64,000 nucleotides of DNA from Bacteroidota bacterium (GTDB lineage: Bacteria; Bacteroidota; Ignavibacteria; OLB7), in NCBI GenBank assembly GCA_018266795.1, contig JAFDZV010000036.1, positions 26,971-90,970 of the forward strand. The letters run 5' to 3'. Every line of letters begins with the position of its first letter. Position 1 is the stretch's first letter. Shown piece by piece: positions 49,175 through 59,831 of this stretch. Below the pieces are notes generated by a model. The model was not told where the DNA came from. It did not search any database and worked only from the letters and a program-made list of their open reading frames with translations. Position numbers and translations under genes: made by a program.

Positions 49175-51769
49175 TCACTCCGCCGGAACAAGGTGCGTCA
49201 CCGAGGTAACGGCTCTGCCAACGGGTGAGGAAGACGCGAGAGCAAGATAACCATTGCAGCTCCAGAGCACGGTCTGGTTCTTGTAAAACTGATTCAGCGG
49301 CTGGCCGCTCTCGCCGGACGTGATCACGCTTCGCATGAATGCGGTGGTATCGCCAAAGTCCACGATCTGCCGCATCGACGGGCCCAGGCGCACCTTGAAC
49401 GGCTGGTTCATGTCCCACTCCGCACAGTTCAATGTTGTGCTCGCACCGCCGATCTCGAACGGTCCGATATCCACGATGCCGCGCAGCTTCTCGTTCGTAT
49501 CGAACTGATGCTTGAACAGGAGGGTGTGCATCGCGCCGAACTTCCACTGGTTGATGTCCCAGGTGTCGAACCGTGCATGGAGCGAGTCGAGCGCGCGCCC
49601 CAGCGCCTTGCGCAGGATGTCGTCGCGGGTCTCCACGCGTCCATGTGTGGTGACGTCGTCGAACCAGCGGCTGTCGATCATCGCGTGATAGCGGATGGCG
49701 CGAATCGGCTGCTGCGCAATCGAGACGTAGTTGCGGAACACGTCCGGGCCCATCTCGTCGCGGTAGGTCATCTCGATGGTGGTCTGCAGCCACTGTGCGG
49801 CGATCGCCGCCTCAGGCGCATCGGCAACCATGGCGCCGTTCCACATGCGGAGCTTCCTCAATGCAAGCTGCACCGCGGAGCCCTGCCGTGCGCTGTCCGG
49901 GAAGGCGCGCAGAAGGAAGCCGACCATGTAGAGCATGTGCGGCGAAACCAGGTCCGCCTGCATCTGCACGAAGTCCGTCGTGTTGAAATTGTTCCCCTCC
50001 TTCAGCAGCTCATCGATGCGAACCGCGCGCGAGGGATCCTCCCACAGATCGCCCACGGTGTAGTTGAGGCCGTTGGCAAGCTTGTTGTTGGCGCTTGCCA
50101 CGTAGCCGCGGGCAGGATTGACGAGCGAGGGGAGTTGCTCCATCGGAACGGTTCCCTTCCAGTCGTACCGGCTGTCCCAGCCCGGGTTGGGGTACGTTGC
50201 GTGTGTTGCCTCACGGATGGGTATGCGCGCAACCGGAATGCTTGCGATCGTGCCGGCGCGGTCGGCATAGATGTAGTTGAGCGAGGGGATGCCTCCAAGC
50301 CTGATGGCCGCCGTGAACTCCTGAAGGTTGCGCGCCGTTCCAATTCCCTGCAGCGCGGCGATCTCCTGCGACACGTCTGCGCCCCGCCAGCGCATCGCCA
50401 CCGCCGCGGTTGCCGTGATAGAGGAGGAGTCCGCAACACGCCGGCCGTTCACCATGTGGTGCGCGTAGGGATGCAGATCGGAGATCAGCGGACCGTGGCG
50501 GCTTGTGCGAATGCTCATCGGCACACCTGCCGAATCCTTCACGCGGATGGTATCACGGATCAGTCCAAGCTTCTCCCACCCGTTGTCCACCTGCACCGTG
50601 GTGTGCTTCAGGCTGTCGATCTTCTCGATGTAGAAATCTGTCTCATCGGCCATGAGGCTGGTGAGACCCCATGCGATATCGTTGTTGCGGCCGATCACGA
50701 CGAACGGCAGACCGGGGAGCGTAACGCCGGCAACGCGGTTCCCCCCGTAGTTGATCACCGCCTGGTACCAGCGGCAGGGAGCCGTGAAGGTGAGGTGGGG
50801 ATCGTTCGCCAGCATCGGCTTCCCTCCGGCGGCGCGGTTGCCGGCAATGGCCCAGGCATTGGAGCCGACATGCGCACCGTCGATCCCCAGGAACTTCCGC
50901 ATGCTCAGCTCCACGCCGATGACATCCGTCAGGTCGGTTGCAGGGAACGCCTCGGCTCCTGCGCGCGAGGTGCGCCCCGGTGCGGGCCTGCGCGAGGCGG
51001 TGTCGCGCCGTGCAGAGGAATCACGCGCGGCGGCGCTGTCGCGGCGGGTGGTATCCACGTGCGCTGCCAGATGCTGCTCCAGCAGCGGCTCCGGGTGCTG
51101 GCCGCCGGGGATGATGGTTGGCGCGTCCGTTGGATAGTAGGGAAGAATCTGGGCAAAACGGAGCGAGTCCACGCGCCGTCCGATATCTCCCATCACGATA
51201 TCGGTCCAGAAGCCGGTGTTGAGTTCCCAGGCAAGGAGCCGGACGATGAGCACGGAGTGCTCGGGCGTCCACGGTTCCGGTTCGTAGCCCAGCGCATCGA
51301 ACTCCATTGCATAGCGCCCCTTGTGATCGCGAATGAACGCGTTCACGCCGCTGGCGTAGGCCTCCAGCGCTTCGCGGGTTCGCTTCGGCATGTTGCGAAC
51401 AATCTCTCGCGCGGTGCGCTTGAAGCCGATCGTGCGGAGAAGCTTGTCGAACTCGATCGTGGGCTGGCCGAAGATCTCCGAGAGCCGGCCTTCGCCGGCG
51501 CGGCGCATCAGGTCCATCTGCCACAGCCGGTCCTGAGCGTGCGCATAGCCGAGCGCCGCCATCGCGTCGTTCTCGGTTGCGGCGTCGATGTAGGATACTC
51601 CGTTCTGATCGCGCGTGATGCTGGCGCTCGCGCTCAGGCCGGGGATCGATCCGTCGTTCTCGCCATCTGCCACGAACGAACGGCCCACCAGACGAAGTCC
51701 GAGCCATGTGAACCCCAGAGCGAGGGCAATGATAACGAGCAGCGTACCGACGATCGAGAAGCGGCGCAT
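49175..51769 (-). CDS. Penicillin-amidase / acyl-homoserine-lactone-acylase family Ntn hydrolase, N-terminally membrane-anchored (864 aa).
   Basis: Start trimmed to MRRFSIVGTLLVIIALALGFTWL (TM anchor). Beta-subunit nucleophile motif GSNAWAIAGNRAAGGKPMLANDPHL. Size and order match PvdQ/QuiP/penicillin G acylase. Confidence 0.75.
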   Translation of the reverse strand: MRRFSIVGTLLVIIALALGFTWLGLRLVGRSFVADGENDGSIPGLSASASITRDQNGVSYIDAATENDAMAALGYAHAQDRLWQMDLMRRAGEGRLSEIFGQPTIEFDKLLRTIGFKRTAREIVRNMPKRTREALEAYASGVNAFIRDHKGRYAMEFDALGYEPEPWTPEHSVLIVRLLAWELNTGFWTDIVMGDIGRRVDSLRFAQILPYYPTDAPTIIPGGQHPEPLLEQHLAAHVDTTRRDSAAARDSSARRDTASRRPAPGRTSRAGAEAFPATDLTDVIGVELSMRKFLGIDGAHVGSNAWAIAGNRAAGGKPMLANDPHLTFTAPCRWYQAVINYGGNRVAGVTLPGLPFVVIGRNNDIAWGLTSLMADETDFYIEKIDSLKHTTVQVDNGWEKLGLIRDTIRVKDSAGVPMSIRTSRHGPLISDLHPYAHHMVNGRRVADSSSITATAAVAMRWRGADVSQEIAALQGIGTARNLQEFTAAIRLGGIPSLNYIYADRAGTIASIPVARIPIREATHATYPNPGWDSRYDWKGTVPMEQLPSLVNPARGYVASANNKLANGLNYTVGDLWEDPSRAVRIDELLKEGNNFNTTDFVQMQADLVSPHMLYMVGFLLRAFPDSARQGSAVQLALRKLRMWNGAMVADAPEAAIAAQWLQTTIEMTYRDEMGPDVFRNYVSIAQQPIRAIRYHAMIDSRWFDDVTTHGRVETRDDILRKALGRALDSLHARFDTWDINQWKFGAMHTLLFKHQFDTNEKLRGIVDIGPFEIGGASTTLNCAEWDMNQPFKVRLGPSMRQIVDFGDTTAFMRSVITSGESGQPLNQFYKNQTVLWSCNGYLALASSSPVGRAVTSVTHLVPAE

Positions 51770-51935
51770 CGAAGAGAGATAGGAGAGGAGAGGCCGAGAT
51801 GGAGGCGGCGAGGCGGGCGATCGAGGCCCCGCAGCTCCCACGTCGTTCCTCCCGTGTGATTCAAACGGATTCCGGCGCGACGCCTGCGAGGCGTCGCGCC
51901 GGAATGCAATCTACAACCGATAGCTCACGTTCCGA

Positions 51936-53330
51936 TCAGATGCCGGCAACGATCTCGCCGATCGCCTCGCGGATCATCGCCATCCCTTCGTCGATCTGGG
52001 CCGCCGTGATGTTGAGTGCCGGCCGGAAGCGGATCGAGCGGTCGCCGCATCCCAGGATCAGCAGCCCCTTGTCGTAGCACTTCTGCCGGAGCAGGTCCCG
52101 CTCCTGGGCCGTCGCGATATCCACAGCGCAGAACAGTCCGCGGCCGCGGGCGTTGGAGACAAGTCCCGGATACTCCGCTGTCAGCTCCGCAAGGCGCGTC
52201 ATGAGATGCCCGCCAACCGTGCGGGCGTTCCGGACAAGGTTCTCCTCCTCGATGATCTCCAGGAACTTCGTGAAGCGGACCATGTCCACCAGGTTGCCCC
52301 CCCATGTGGAGTTGATGCGGCTGGACTTGTGAAACGCATGGTTTGGAATGTCGTCGATCCGGTCCGTTGCCAGAATGCCGCACACCTGCGACTTCTTGCC
52401 GAAGCTCATGATATCCGGGCGAACGCCGAGTGCCTCGTGCGCCCACATCGTGCCGGTCATCCCCACACCCGTCTGCACCTCGTCGAAGATGAGCAGCGCC
52501 TCCTCCTGGTCGCAGATGGCGCGAAGCTGTGCAAGGTATTCGGGCCGGAAGTGGTTGTCTCCCCCCTCGCCCTGAATCGGCTCCAGGATGATGCAGGCAA
52601 TCGCGTCCGGATTCTCCGCGAACGCCTTCCGGATTTCCGCGAGCGACTGCTCCTCGCGGGCGATCGTCTCCTCCAGGTTCTTCCCCTCCAGCGGGAAGCT
52701 CGCGGCCGGAGCACAGACGCGCGGCCAGTCCGTGAACTTCGGGAAGTAATTCGTCTTCGTGGGATCGGTGTTCGTCAGGCTGAGCGCATATCCGGAGCGG
52801 CCGTGAAAGGCATGGCGCAGATGGAGCACGAGGTGGCCGTGTTCGTGCTGATAGCCGTTGTGGAAGTTCTTCTGCACCTTCCAATCGAACGCCACCTTCA
52901 ATGCATTCTCCACGGCGAGCGTACCTCCCTCGATGAAGAAGCTGTACTTGAAATACTCCGGCACGGCAACCCGGAAGAACGTGGAGACGAACTCCGCCAT
53001 CTCGACGGTATACACGTCGGAGCAGGATGGCTTGTGCAGAGCCACGGTGCCGATCTTCCGGATGAACTCCGGCGTTCTCATCTCCGGATGGTTCATCCCG
53101 ACCGGATTGGAGGCGAAGAAGGTGAAGAAGTCCAGATAGCGTTTTCCCGTAGCGGCGTCGTACAGATACGGGCCCTGGCTGCGCTCCAGATCGAGCACGA
53201 GGTCGAACCCGTCGGCGAGCATGTAATGGGCGAGCGTGCTGTGCACCTGGTCCGGCTGAACGCCGTGGCCCGCATGGTGATGGGAGTTGTGCGCAGCCGC
53301 GGCATTGGTCTCGTGAAGTTCGCGCGTCAT
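51936..53330 (-). CDS. Class III aminotransferase, L-lysine 6-transaminase-like (464 aa).
   Basis: PLP-lysine region SFGKKSQVCG and LIFDEVQTGVGMTGTMWAHE. Start trimmed to MTRELHETNAA. Confidence 0.65.
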   Translation of the reverse strand: MTRELHETNAAAAHNSHHHAGHGVQPDQVHSTLAHYMLADGFDLVLDLERSQGPYLYDAATGKRYLDFFTFFASNPVGMNHPEMRTPEFIRKIGTVALHKPSCSDVYTVEMAEFVSTFFRVAVPEYFKYSFFIEGGTLAVENALKVAFDWKVQKNFHNGYQHEHGHLVLHLRHAFHGRSGYALSLTNTDPTKTNYFPKFTDWPRVCAPAASFPLEGKNLEETIAREEQSLAEIRKAFAENPDAIACIILEPIQGEGGDNHFRPEYLAQLRAICDQEEALLIFDEVQTGVGMTGTMWAHEALGVRPDIMSFGKKSQVCGILATDRIDDIPNHAFHKSSRINSTWGGNLVDMVRFTKFLEIIEEENLVRNARTVGGHLMTRLAELTAEYPGLVSNARGRGLFCAVDIATAQERDLLRQKCYDKGLLILGCGDRSIRFRPALNITAAQIDEGMAMIREAIGEIVAGI

Positions 53331-53757
53331 GGTATCGATACTCCTGAATTCAGTCTGCTGATGGATGGTTCCGCGAATGCGTGGGCAACGCTTGCATGCT
53401 GGGGGGCCGGTTGCCATCACTCGTCCCGATGCCGGGGCATCGTACGCCCTGGATGCCGCCGAACTCCGCGTCCGTCACGGGCATCATGACGAACCGGTTC
53501 AGCAGCGGGTGTTCCCGGGACGAGCGGGTAGGGGAGTTGGTACGAACCTAGGATGGAAGGGCGTTGGTGGTCAGGCTCCATCGGCGGAAGCGCGCGGCAA
53601 CGAGCGACGCGGAGAGGAAGGAGCCTCCCCGGATCGTTCCGCCCGAAGCGATGACGCTGCTGGTATGGAGTGTGCGAACGCGCATGATGCCGGAAAGATA
53701 CGGTTCCGGCACCGGCCCGCAAAAAACGGTAGTGTCTCGGTTTGAGCATCGGCACCG

Positions 53758-53790
53758 TTGTGTCATCCTGAGCTGCAGGCGAAGGATCTC
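53758..53790. repeat. Third copy of the GTCATCCTGAGC...GCGAAGGATCTC hairpin motif.
   Basis: tgtgtcatcctgagctgcaggcgaaggatctcgca, with ATCCT/AGGAT as the stem. Confidence 0.5.
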
Positions 53791-54079
53791 GCACCACCGG
53801 TTGGCCCTGCGGGATGTGTATCGCAGCCCTTCGGGCCTTCAGCCGTGCGGAGTGCGTACCCGGTCGTAGATCCCGGCCCGGCCCGGGAGCTTGCCGAAGG
53901 GCTCGGCGCCGAAATGGCCCCTGGCCGATGATGGCCGTGCAGCTATCAAACCGGGACAGGACCAAAAAACATGAACAAGTTGTAAACCGGCCCTGCGGGC
54001 GCGTGTGATGGGTGCAGGCCGCATGATCAATTGTGTATTTTATGCGGTTCCGTTCTTCGGCCCGGCCGTATAGTAGCGG

Positions 54080-57000
54080 TTGATCCCTGGAGGCGGGCCA
54101 GCGAAGCACAGGCAAGGACACAGCCACGTGAAGGATAGATCAGAACGCAGCAAGAAGGGCGACGCGAAGAAGCCTCGCGCCACGGCAGCCACGCCCGCAG
54201 AGAAGGGGACGAAGAAGGTGGTGACGAAGGCATCTGCATCGGCGCCGAAGACAGCCACGAAGCGGAAGGCTTCGCCGAAGGGTGCCGTGATGCAGGACAT
54301 CCATGCGGTGAGCGCGGATGTGGTTGATGCTTCGCGCGGCGTCAACGGTGCCGCAACCCTGCCGGCTCCGGAGAACGGCGCAGCTGCGCCCGGCATCTTC
54401 CGGATGCCGGAGGCGAGCCCGAAGAATACCCTGACAATTCGGGGAGCGAACGTCCACAATCTGAAGAACGTTTCCATTGCTCTTCCGCGGAACCGGATGA
54501 TCGTGGTGAGCGGCGTATCCGGCTCCGGAAAGTCGTCGCTCGCGTTCGACACCATCTATGCCGAGGGGCAGCGCCGATATGTGGAGTCGCTATCGGCATA
54601 TGCCCGCCAATTCCTCTCGCGCATGGCGAAGCCCGATGTGGAGAGCATCACCGGGCTTGCTCCGGCGATCGCCATCGAGCAGAAGACCATCACGAAGAAT
54701 CCCCGTTCAACCGTTGGCACAACGGCAGAGGTGTACGACTATTTGCGCCTGCTGTTCGCACGCATCGGCCAGACGATATGCAAGGCCTGCGGCGAGCCGG
54801 TGCGCAAGGATACTCCGCGCACCGTGCAGGAGGCGATGAAGGAGTTGGAGGAGGGAACCCGTTTCTACGTTCTGTTCCCGATGCATGCGCACGAGAAGCG
54901 TTCGTTGAAGGAGGAGCTTGCCAATCTCCGTGAACAGGGCTTCTTCCGTGTGGTGATCGGTGAGGGAAGCGATGTGGTGGATCTTAACGAGCAGGAGCCG
55001 GAGGGCGTGGCCAAGAGCGACGTGTTCGTTCTGGTGGATCGCGTGGTGTTCCGCAACGATCCCGACGTGCTGACCCGCATCGCGGACTCCGCGGAGACTG
55101 CATTCCGCGAGGGAGAGGGGCGCGCGGTGATACACCTGCTGGAGACCGGTCAGCGCCGGCATTTCAGTACCCGCTTCGAGTGCGCGAACGACGGCATCAA
55201 GTACGAGGAGCCGCAGCCGAAGCTGTTCAGCTTCAATAATCCGTTCGGTGCGTGCCCGGAGTGCCAGGGATTCGGAAAGGCGATCGGCATCGACATGGAT
55301 CTCGTGATTCCGGATCGGACGAAGACGCTGCGGGGCGGTGCGATCATCGCGTACTCCACGCCGAAGCACTCGGAACATTATCGCCGGATTACCGCGATCG
55401 CGAAGGAAGCGAATCTGGATCTGGACAAGCCGATGTCGCAGCTGTCGCAGTACGAGTGGAACGTGGTGATTCACGGCTACGGCAAGTATCCCGGCGTTGT
55501 CGGATTCTTCAAGGAGATCGAGGAGCACGCCTACAAGATGCACAACCGCGTTTTCCTTTCGCGGTTCCGCGGCTACACCACATGCCCACGCTGCAAGGGC
55601 TCGCGCCTGCGCACCTCTGCGATGCGTGTGTTCATTCACGGGAAGTCCATTCCGGACATCGTTGCGATGACCATCGAGGAGGCGTACGCATGGATCGGGG
55701 CGCTTGCCCTTACCCCGTACGAGGAGCAGGTGGCAAGCCGGATCATGGAGGAGATCACCAAGCGCCTCCGCTATCTCAACGAGGTCGGGCTTGGCTATCT
55801 CCGGCTGGACCGGCTGAGCCACACACTCTCCGGCGGAGAGTCGCAGCGCATCAACCTTGCCACCTCCATCGGCTCCGCGCTGGTGGGAGCGATGTACGTT
55901 CTCGACGAGCCTTCCATCGGGCTGCATCCGCGCGACACCGACAGGCTGGTGCGCATCCTGAAGTCGCTGCGCGATCTCGGTAACACGGTGATCGTTGTGG
56001 AGCACGATCCGGATATCATCCGCAACGCCGATGTGATCGTGGACATGGGGCCGCACGCCGGGGAACATGGCGGGCAGGTGGTGTTCAATGGGAGTGTGGA
56101 GGATGTGATCAACGATCCCCACTCGCTCACCGGTGCATACCTCTCCGGGCGGAAGTCCATACCGGTGCGAACGGCGCGGCGCAAGCCCGGTTCCCGGCGC
56201 ATCAGCGTGCGCGGCGCATCGGAACACAATCTGAAGGAGATCGACGTGGACTTCCCGCTCGATATGCTGACGGTTGTGACCGGCGTCTCGGGCTCGGGGA
56301 AATCCACGCTCGTGCACGACGTGCTGTATCCGGCGGTGGCACGTTCCAAGGGAGCCACCGTTGCGCTGACCAGGAATGTGGGTTCGGTTGACGGCGTGGA
56401 CCTTGTCGGAGCCGTCGAGATGGTGGACCAGTCGCCGATCGGCAGGTCGCCGCGCTCCAATCCGGTCACGTACGTGAAGGCGTTCGATGCCATTCGCGAG
56501 CTGTTCGCGTTGACGCCGGTTGCGAAGGTGAACGGCTGGAAGCCTGGCTATTTCTCCTTCAACGTTCCCGGCGGTCGCTGCGAGGCCTGCCAGGGAGAAG
56601 GCGTTGTAAAGGTGGAGATGCAGTTCCTTGCGGACATCGCGCTCACATGCGAGGTGTGCAAGGGGAAGCGCTTCAAGCCGGAGACGCTGCAGGCGGTGTA
56701 CCGAGGAAAGAACGTGGTGGACGTGCTGGAGATGACGGTGGAGGAGGCGATAGAATTCTTCGCGAAGGAGAAGAAGGTTGTCAGCAAGCTCGCCGGCCTG
56801 CGCGATGTCGGCCTGGGATATATTCGTCTCGGGCAGCCTGCCACCACGCTCTCCGGCGGCGAGGCGCAGCGCGTGAAGCTTGCGGCGCAGCTGGTGACGC
56901 CGGCCGACGAGCGGACGCTCTTCATTCTGGACGAGCCGACCACCGGCCTTCACTTCGACGACATCGCGACGCTGCTGAAAGCGTTCAACGCTCTGATCGA

Positions 57001-57190
57001 TGCCGGCCATTCGCTGGTGGTGATCGAGCACAATCTGGATGTTATCCGGAGCGCGGACTGGATCATCGATCTCGGCCCGGAGGGGGGGGATGCCGGCGGC
57101 AACCTGGTCTGTGCAGGAACGCCGGAACACGTTGCGGGCTGCTCCGGTTCCTATACCGGGCGCTTCCTCAAGGAGCTTGCCCGCCGCTGA
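54080..57190 (+). CDS. uvrA: Excinuclease ABC subunit A with a Lys/Ala/Pro-rich N-terminal extension (start uncertain: ATG 54080 or GTG 54128).
   Basis: Tandem ABC modules with two Walker A sites, [23 protein letters not shown] and [13 protein letters not shown]. Zn-finger Cys pairs [26 protein letters not shown] and CEVCKGKRF. The N-terminal ~70 aa read [43 protein letters not shown] with coding-like codon bias. Confidence 0.9.
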   Translation: MIPGGGPAKHRQGHSHVKDRSERSKKGDAKKPRATAATPAEKGTKKVVTKASASAPKTATKRKASPKGAVMQDIHAVSADVVDASRGVNGAATLPAPENGAAAPGIFRMPEASPKNTLTIRGANVHNLKNVSIALPRNRMIVVSGVSGSGKSSLAFDTIYAEGQRRYVESLSAYARQFLSRMAKPDVESITGLAPAIAIEQKTITKNPRSTVGTTAEVYDYLRLLFARIGQTICKACGEPVRKDTPRTVQEAMKELEEGTRFYVLFPMHAHEKRSLKEELANLREQGFFRVVIGEGSDVVDLNEQEPEGVAKSDVFVLVDRVVFRNDPDVLTRIADSAETAFREGEGRAVIHLLETGQRRHFSTRFECANDGIKYEEPQPKLFSFNNPFGACPECQGFGKAIGIDMDLVIPDRTKTLRGGAIIAYSTPKHSEHYRRITAIAKEANLDLDKPMSQLSQYEWNVVIHGYGKYPGVVGFFKEIEEHAYKMHNRVFLSRFRGYTTCPRCKGSRLRTSAMRVFIHGKSIPDIVAMTIEEAYAWIGALALTPYEEQVASRIMEEITKRLRYLNEVGLGYLRLDRLSHTLSGGESQRINLATSIGSALVGAMYVLDEPSIGLHPRDTDRLVRILKSLRDLGNTVIVVEHDPDIIRNADVIVDMGPHAGEHGGQVVFNGSVEDVINDPHSLTGAYLSGRKSIPVRTARRKPGSRRISVRGASEHNLKEIDVDFPLDMLTVVTGVSGSGKSTLVHDVLYPAVARSKGATVALTRNVGSVDGVDLVGAVEMVDQSPIGRSPRSNPVTYVKAFDAIRELFALTPVAKVNGWKPGYFSFNVPGGRCEACQGEGVVKVEMQFLADIALTCEVCKGKRFKPETLQAVYRGKNVVDVLEMTVEEAIEFFAKEKKVVSKLAGLRDVGLGYIRLGQPATTLSGGEAQRVKLAAQLVTPADERTLFILDEPTTGLHFDDIATLLKAFNALIDAGHSLVVIEHNLDVIRSADWIIDLGPEGGDAGGNLVCAGTPEHVAGCSGSYTGRFLKELARR

Positions 57191-57398
57191 ACCGCGGAAC
57201 CACGCGGGCGGCATCGAGTCATAAACGATACAGCGACGCCGTGACGAATTGCCTCCGGAAATTTTCAATCGGTAACGCATTCCGGCGGGAAATGCACAGG
57301 CTGCTTCGTTCCATGCCCCTTTCGTATGTTTGTGGCCATGGTATTTCGGAGCCCGGCATTCTTCGCCTCAATCCTTCACATCTCGTTGCGTCCCCTCA

Positions 57399-58718
57399 AT
57401 GAACCTTCTCGATAGGATCAACGCGCGCCAGTTCTCGGTTGCGGTTGTCGGTCTCGGTTACGTTGGTCTTCCACTTGCAGTCGAGTTTGCCCGCGCCGGC
57501 ATTCGAACCATCGGCATCGATGTCGACGCATCGAAGATCGATGCGCTGCGTGCGGGCAACAACTACATCCGCGACATCGCGGATGACGATGTGCGCGCCG
57601 TGGTGGAGAACGGAACGTTCGCGGCAACCACGGAGTTCGTACCCGTTCACGACGTGGACGTTGTCTACATCTGCGTGCCGACGCCTTTCACGGCGAACAA
57701 GGAGCCGGACATCTCCTACATCGTGCAGGCCTCCGAGGGGATCGCGGCGAACATGAGGAACGATCAGTGCATCATCCTGAAGAGCACCACGTTTCCGAAC
57801 ACCACGCAGGGGCATGTGCAGCCCATCCTGGAGCGCGGCGGCATGAAGGTGGGCAGGGATTTCTACCTTGCCTTTTCGCCCGAACGTATCGATCCTGGGA
57901 ACAAGGTATGGCACACGGCGAACACGCCGATCGTTGTCGGAGGAGTGACGCCGGAGTGCACGAAGATCGCCGCAGCAGTCAATCGCGTGATCATCGCGAA
58001 GGTTGTGGAGGTAAGCTCTCCGAAGGTTGCCGAGATGGAGAAGCTGTTGGAAAACATCTTCCGCTCGGTGAACATCGCGCTGGTGAACGAGCTGGCGCAG
58101 CTGTGCGATCGGATGGGGGGGATCAACATGTGGGAGGTGGTGGAGGCCGCTGCAACCAAGCCGTTCGGCTTCATGCCGTTCTATCCCGGCCCCGGAATCG
58201 GCGGCCACTGCATCCTGATCGATCCGTACTACCTGAGCTGGCTGGCGCGTGAACACGATTTCGTTACCAACTTCATCACCCTCGCCGCAGAGGTGAACGA
58301 GTCCATGCCGTTCTATGTGAAGCAGATGGTGCTGCGCCAGGTTGCTCACATGCCGGTGACGTTGAAGGCCGCGCGCATCGTGCTTCTGGGGGTTGCGTTC
58401 AAACGCGATGTGGACGATCTGCGCCACTCCCCCGCGCTCCGCGTGATGGAACTCCTTACACAGGACGGCGCGGAGAACATTTGCTACGTGGATCCCTACG
58501 TTCCCTCGCTGGATCTCTTTGGCAGGACCGTGCACGCGGTGCCGTACAGCGATTCCGTGATCGCGGACGCCGATATCGTGGTGATCACCACCGATCATAC
58601 GGCGTTCGATTACGAACGGATCGTTGCCAGTGCGAGAGTGGTTGTCGATACCCGCAACGCGACGAAGAACGTTCGCACCGGGCGCGAGAAGATTCATCTG
58701 CTCGGGAGCGGCGAGTGA
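57399..58718 (+). CDS. UDP-sugar (UDP-ManNAc/UDP-GlcNAc) 6-dehydrogenase family nucleotide-sugar dehydrogenase (439 aa).
   Basis: N-terminal Rossmann motif FSVAVVGLGYVGLPLAVEFARAG. Catalytic Cys region FYPGPGIGGHCI. It is paired with wecB immediately downstream. Confidence 0.75.
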   Translation: MNLLDRINARQFSVAVVGLGYVGLPLAVEFARAGIRTIGIDVDASKIDALRAGNNYIRDIADDDVRAVVENGTFAATTEFVPVHDVDVVYICVPTPFTANKEPDISYIVQASEGIAANMRNDQCIILKSTTFPNTTQGHVQPILERGGMKVGRDFYLAFSPERIDPGNKVWHTANTPIVVGGVTPECTKIAAAVNRVIIAKVVEVSSPKVAEMEKLLENIFRSVNIALVNELAQLCDRMGGINMWEVVEAAATKPFGFMPFYPGPGIGGHCILIDPYYLSWLAREHDFVTNFITLAAEVNESMPFYVKQMVLRQVAHMPVTLKAARIVLLGVAFKRDVDDLRHSPALRVMELLTQDGAENICYVDPYVPSLDLFGRTVHAVPYSDSVIADADIVVITTDHTAFDYERIVASARVVVDTRNATKNVRTGREKIHLLGSGE

Positions 58719-59821
58719 GCACGGTTATCTCCGTTGTCGGCGCCAGGCCGAACTTCATGAAGGCCGCGCCGGTGAAGCATGCGTTCGAGCGTATCCCGTC
58801 CGTCCGGCATCTGCTGGTGCACACCGGGCAGCATTACGATCCGAACATGTCTGATGTCTTCTTCGAGGACCTCGGCATGGGGAGGCCGGATCTCTACCTG
58901 AACGTGGGCTCCGGCTCGCACGCAGTTCAGACGGCGAAGGTGATGGTGGAGTTCGAGCGCATCTGCCTGGAGGAACGCCCGGCGATGGTGATCGTGTACG
59001 GCGACGTGAACTCCACGCTCGCGGCGGGTGTGGTGGCGAAGAAGTTGAACGTCCCGCTGGCCCATGTGGAATCAGGGCTGCGGAGCTACGACAGAAGGAT
59101 GCCGGAGGAGATCAACCGCATCGCCACCGACGCGATCACCGATCTCTTCTTCGTGACCGAGGAGAGCGGGCGGCGAAATCTGATGCACGAGGGAATCCGG
59201 GCGCAGGATATCCACCTGGTTGGAAACACGATGATCGATTCGCTCGCGCGCTTCTGTGCGAGCCATGCCGCGCCCCGGCCGGACGGCGATTACTTCGTCC
59301 TCACGCTCCATCGGCCGAGCAATGTGGACGATCCCGCCGCGCTGCGGCGTCTGCTGGATGCGATCGATGAAGGAGCAGGGGGGATGGGAATCCGTTTCCC
59401 GGTGCATCCCCGGACCGAGGCGGCGATGCGCGCTTCCGGCGACTACGACCGCATCGCCTCGAATTCCCGCTGGCGCCTGCTTCCGCCGGCCGGGTACAGC
59501 GAATTCATTCAAATGGTGCGCGCCGCTCGCGGCGTGATCACCGACTCCGGCGGCGTGCAGGAGGAGACGACATGGCTCGGCATCCCATGCCTCACGCTCC
59601 GCGAATCCACCGAGCGCCCGTCGACGGTGGAAGTGGGAACAAATCATCTCATCGGTGTTGAACCGTTGATGGTGCGTGACGCTGTCGCGCGCATCGCCGC
59701 GTCGGCACCGGCCGGGACGGAACAGGAGCGCCATTCGGTCCCGCCGCTCTGGGACGGAGACGCAGCGAGCCGCATAGCTCGCGCCGTTGTCCGCTACCTG
59801 GAGCAGCATACACATTCGTGA
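58715..59821 (+). CDS. wecB: UDP-N-acetylglucosamine 2-epimerase (non-hydrolysing).
   Basis: The GTG start overlaps the upstream stop (GTGA). ISVVGARPNFMKAAPV, LLVHTGQHYD, NVPLAHVESGLRS and ITDSGGVQEE are all conserved. Confidence 0.8.
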   Translation: MSTVISVVGARPNFMKAAPVKHAFERIPSVRHLLVHTGQHYDPNMSDVFFEDLGMGRPDLYLNVGSGSHAVQTAKVMVEFERICLEERPAMVIVYGDVNSTLAAGVVAKKLNVPLAHVESGLRSYDRRMPEEINRIATDAITDLFFVTEESGRRNLMHEGIRAQDIHLVGNTMIDSLARFCASHAAPRPDGDYFVLTLHRPSNVDDPAALRRLLDAIDEGAGGMGIRFPVHPRTEAAMRASGDYDRIASNSRWRLLPPAGYSEFIQMVRAARGVITDSGGVQEETTWLGIPCLTLRESTERPSTVEVGTNHLIGVEPLMVRDAVARIAASAPAGTEQERHSVPPLWDGDAASRIARAVVRYLEQHTHS

Positions 59822-59831
59822 TATCGTTCTG

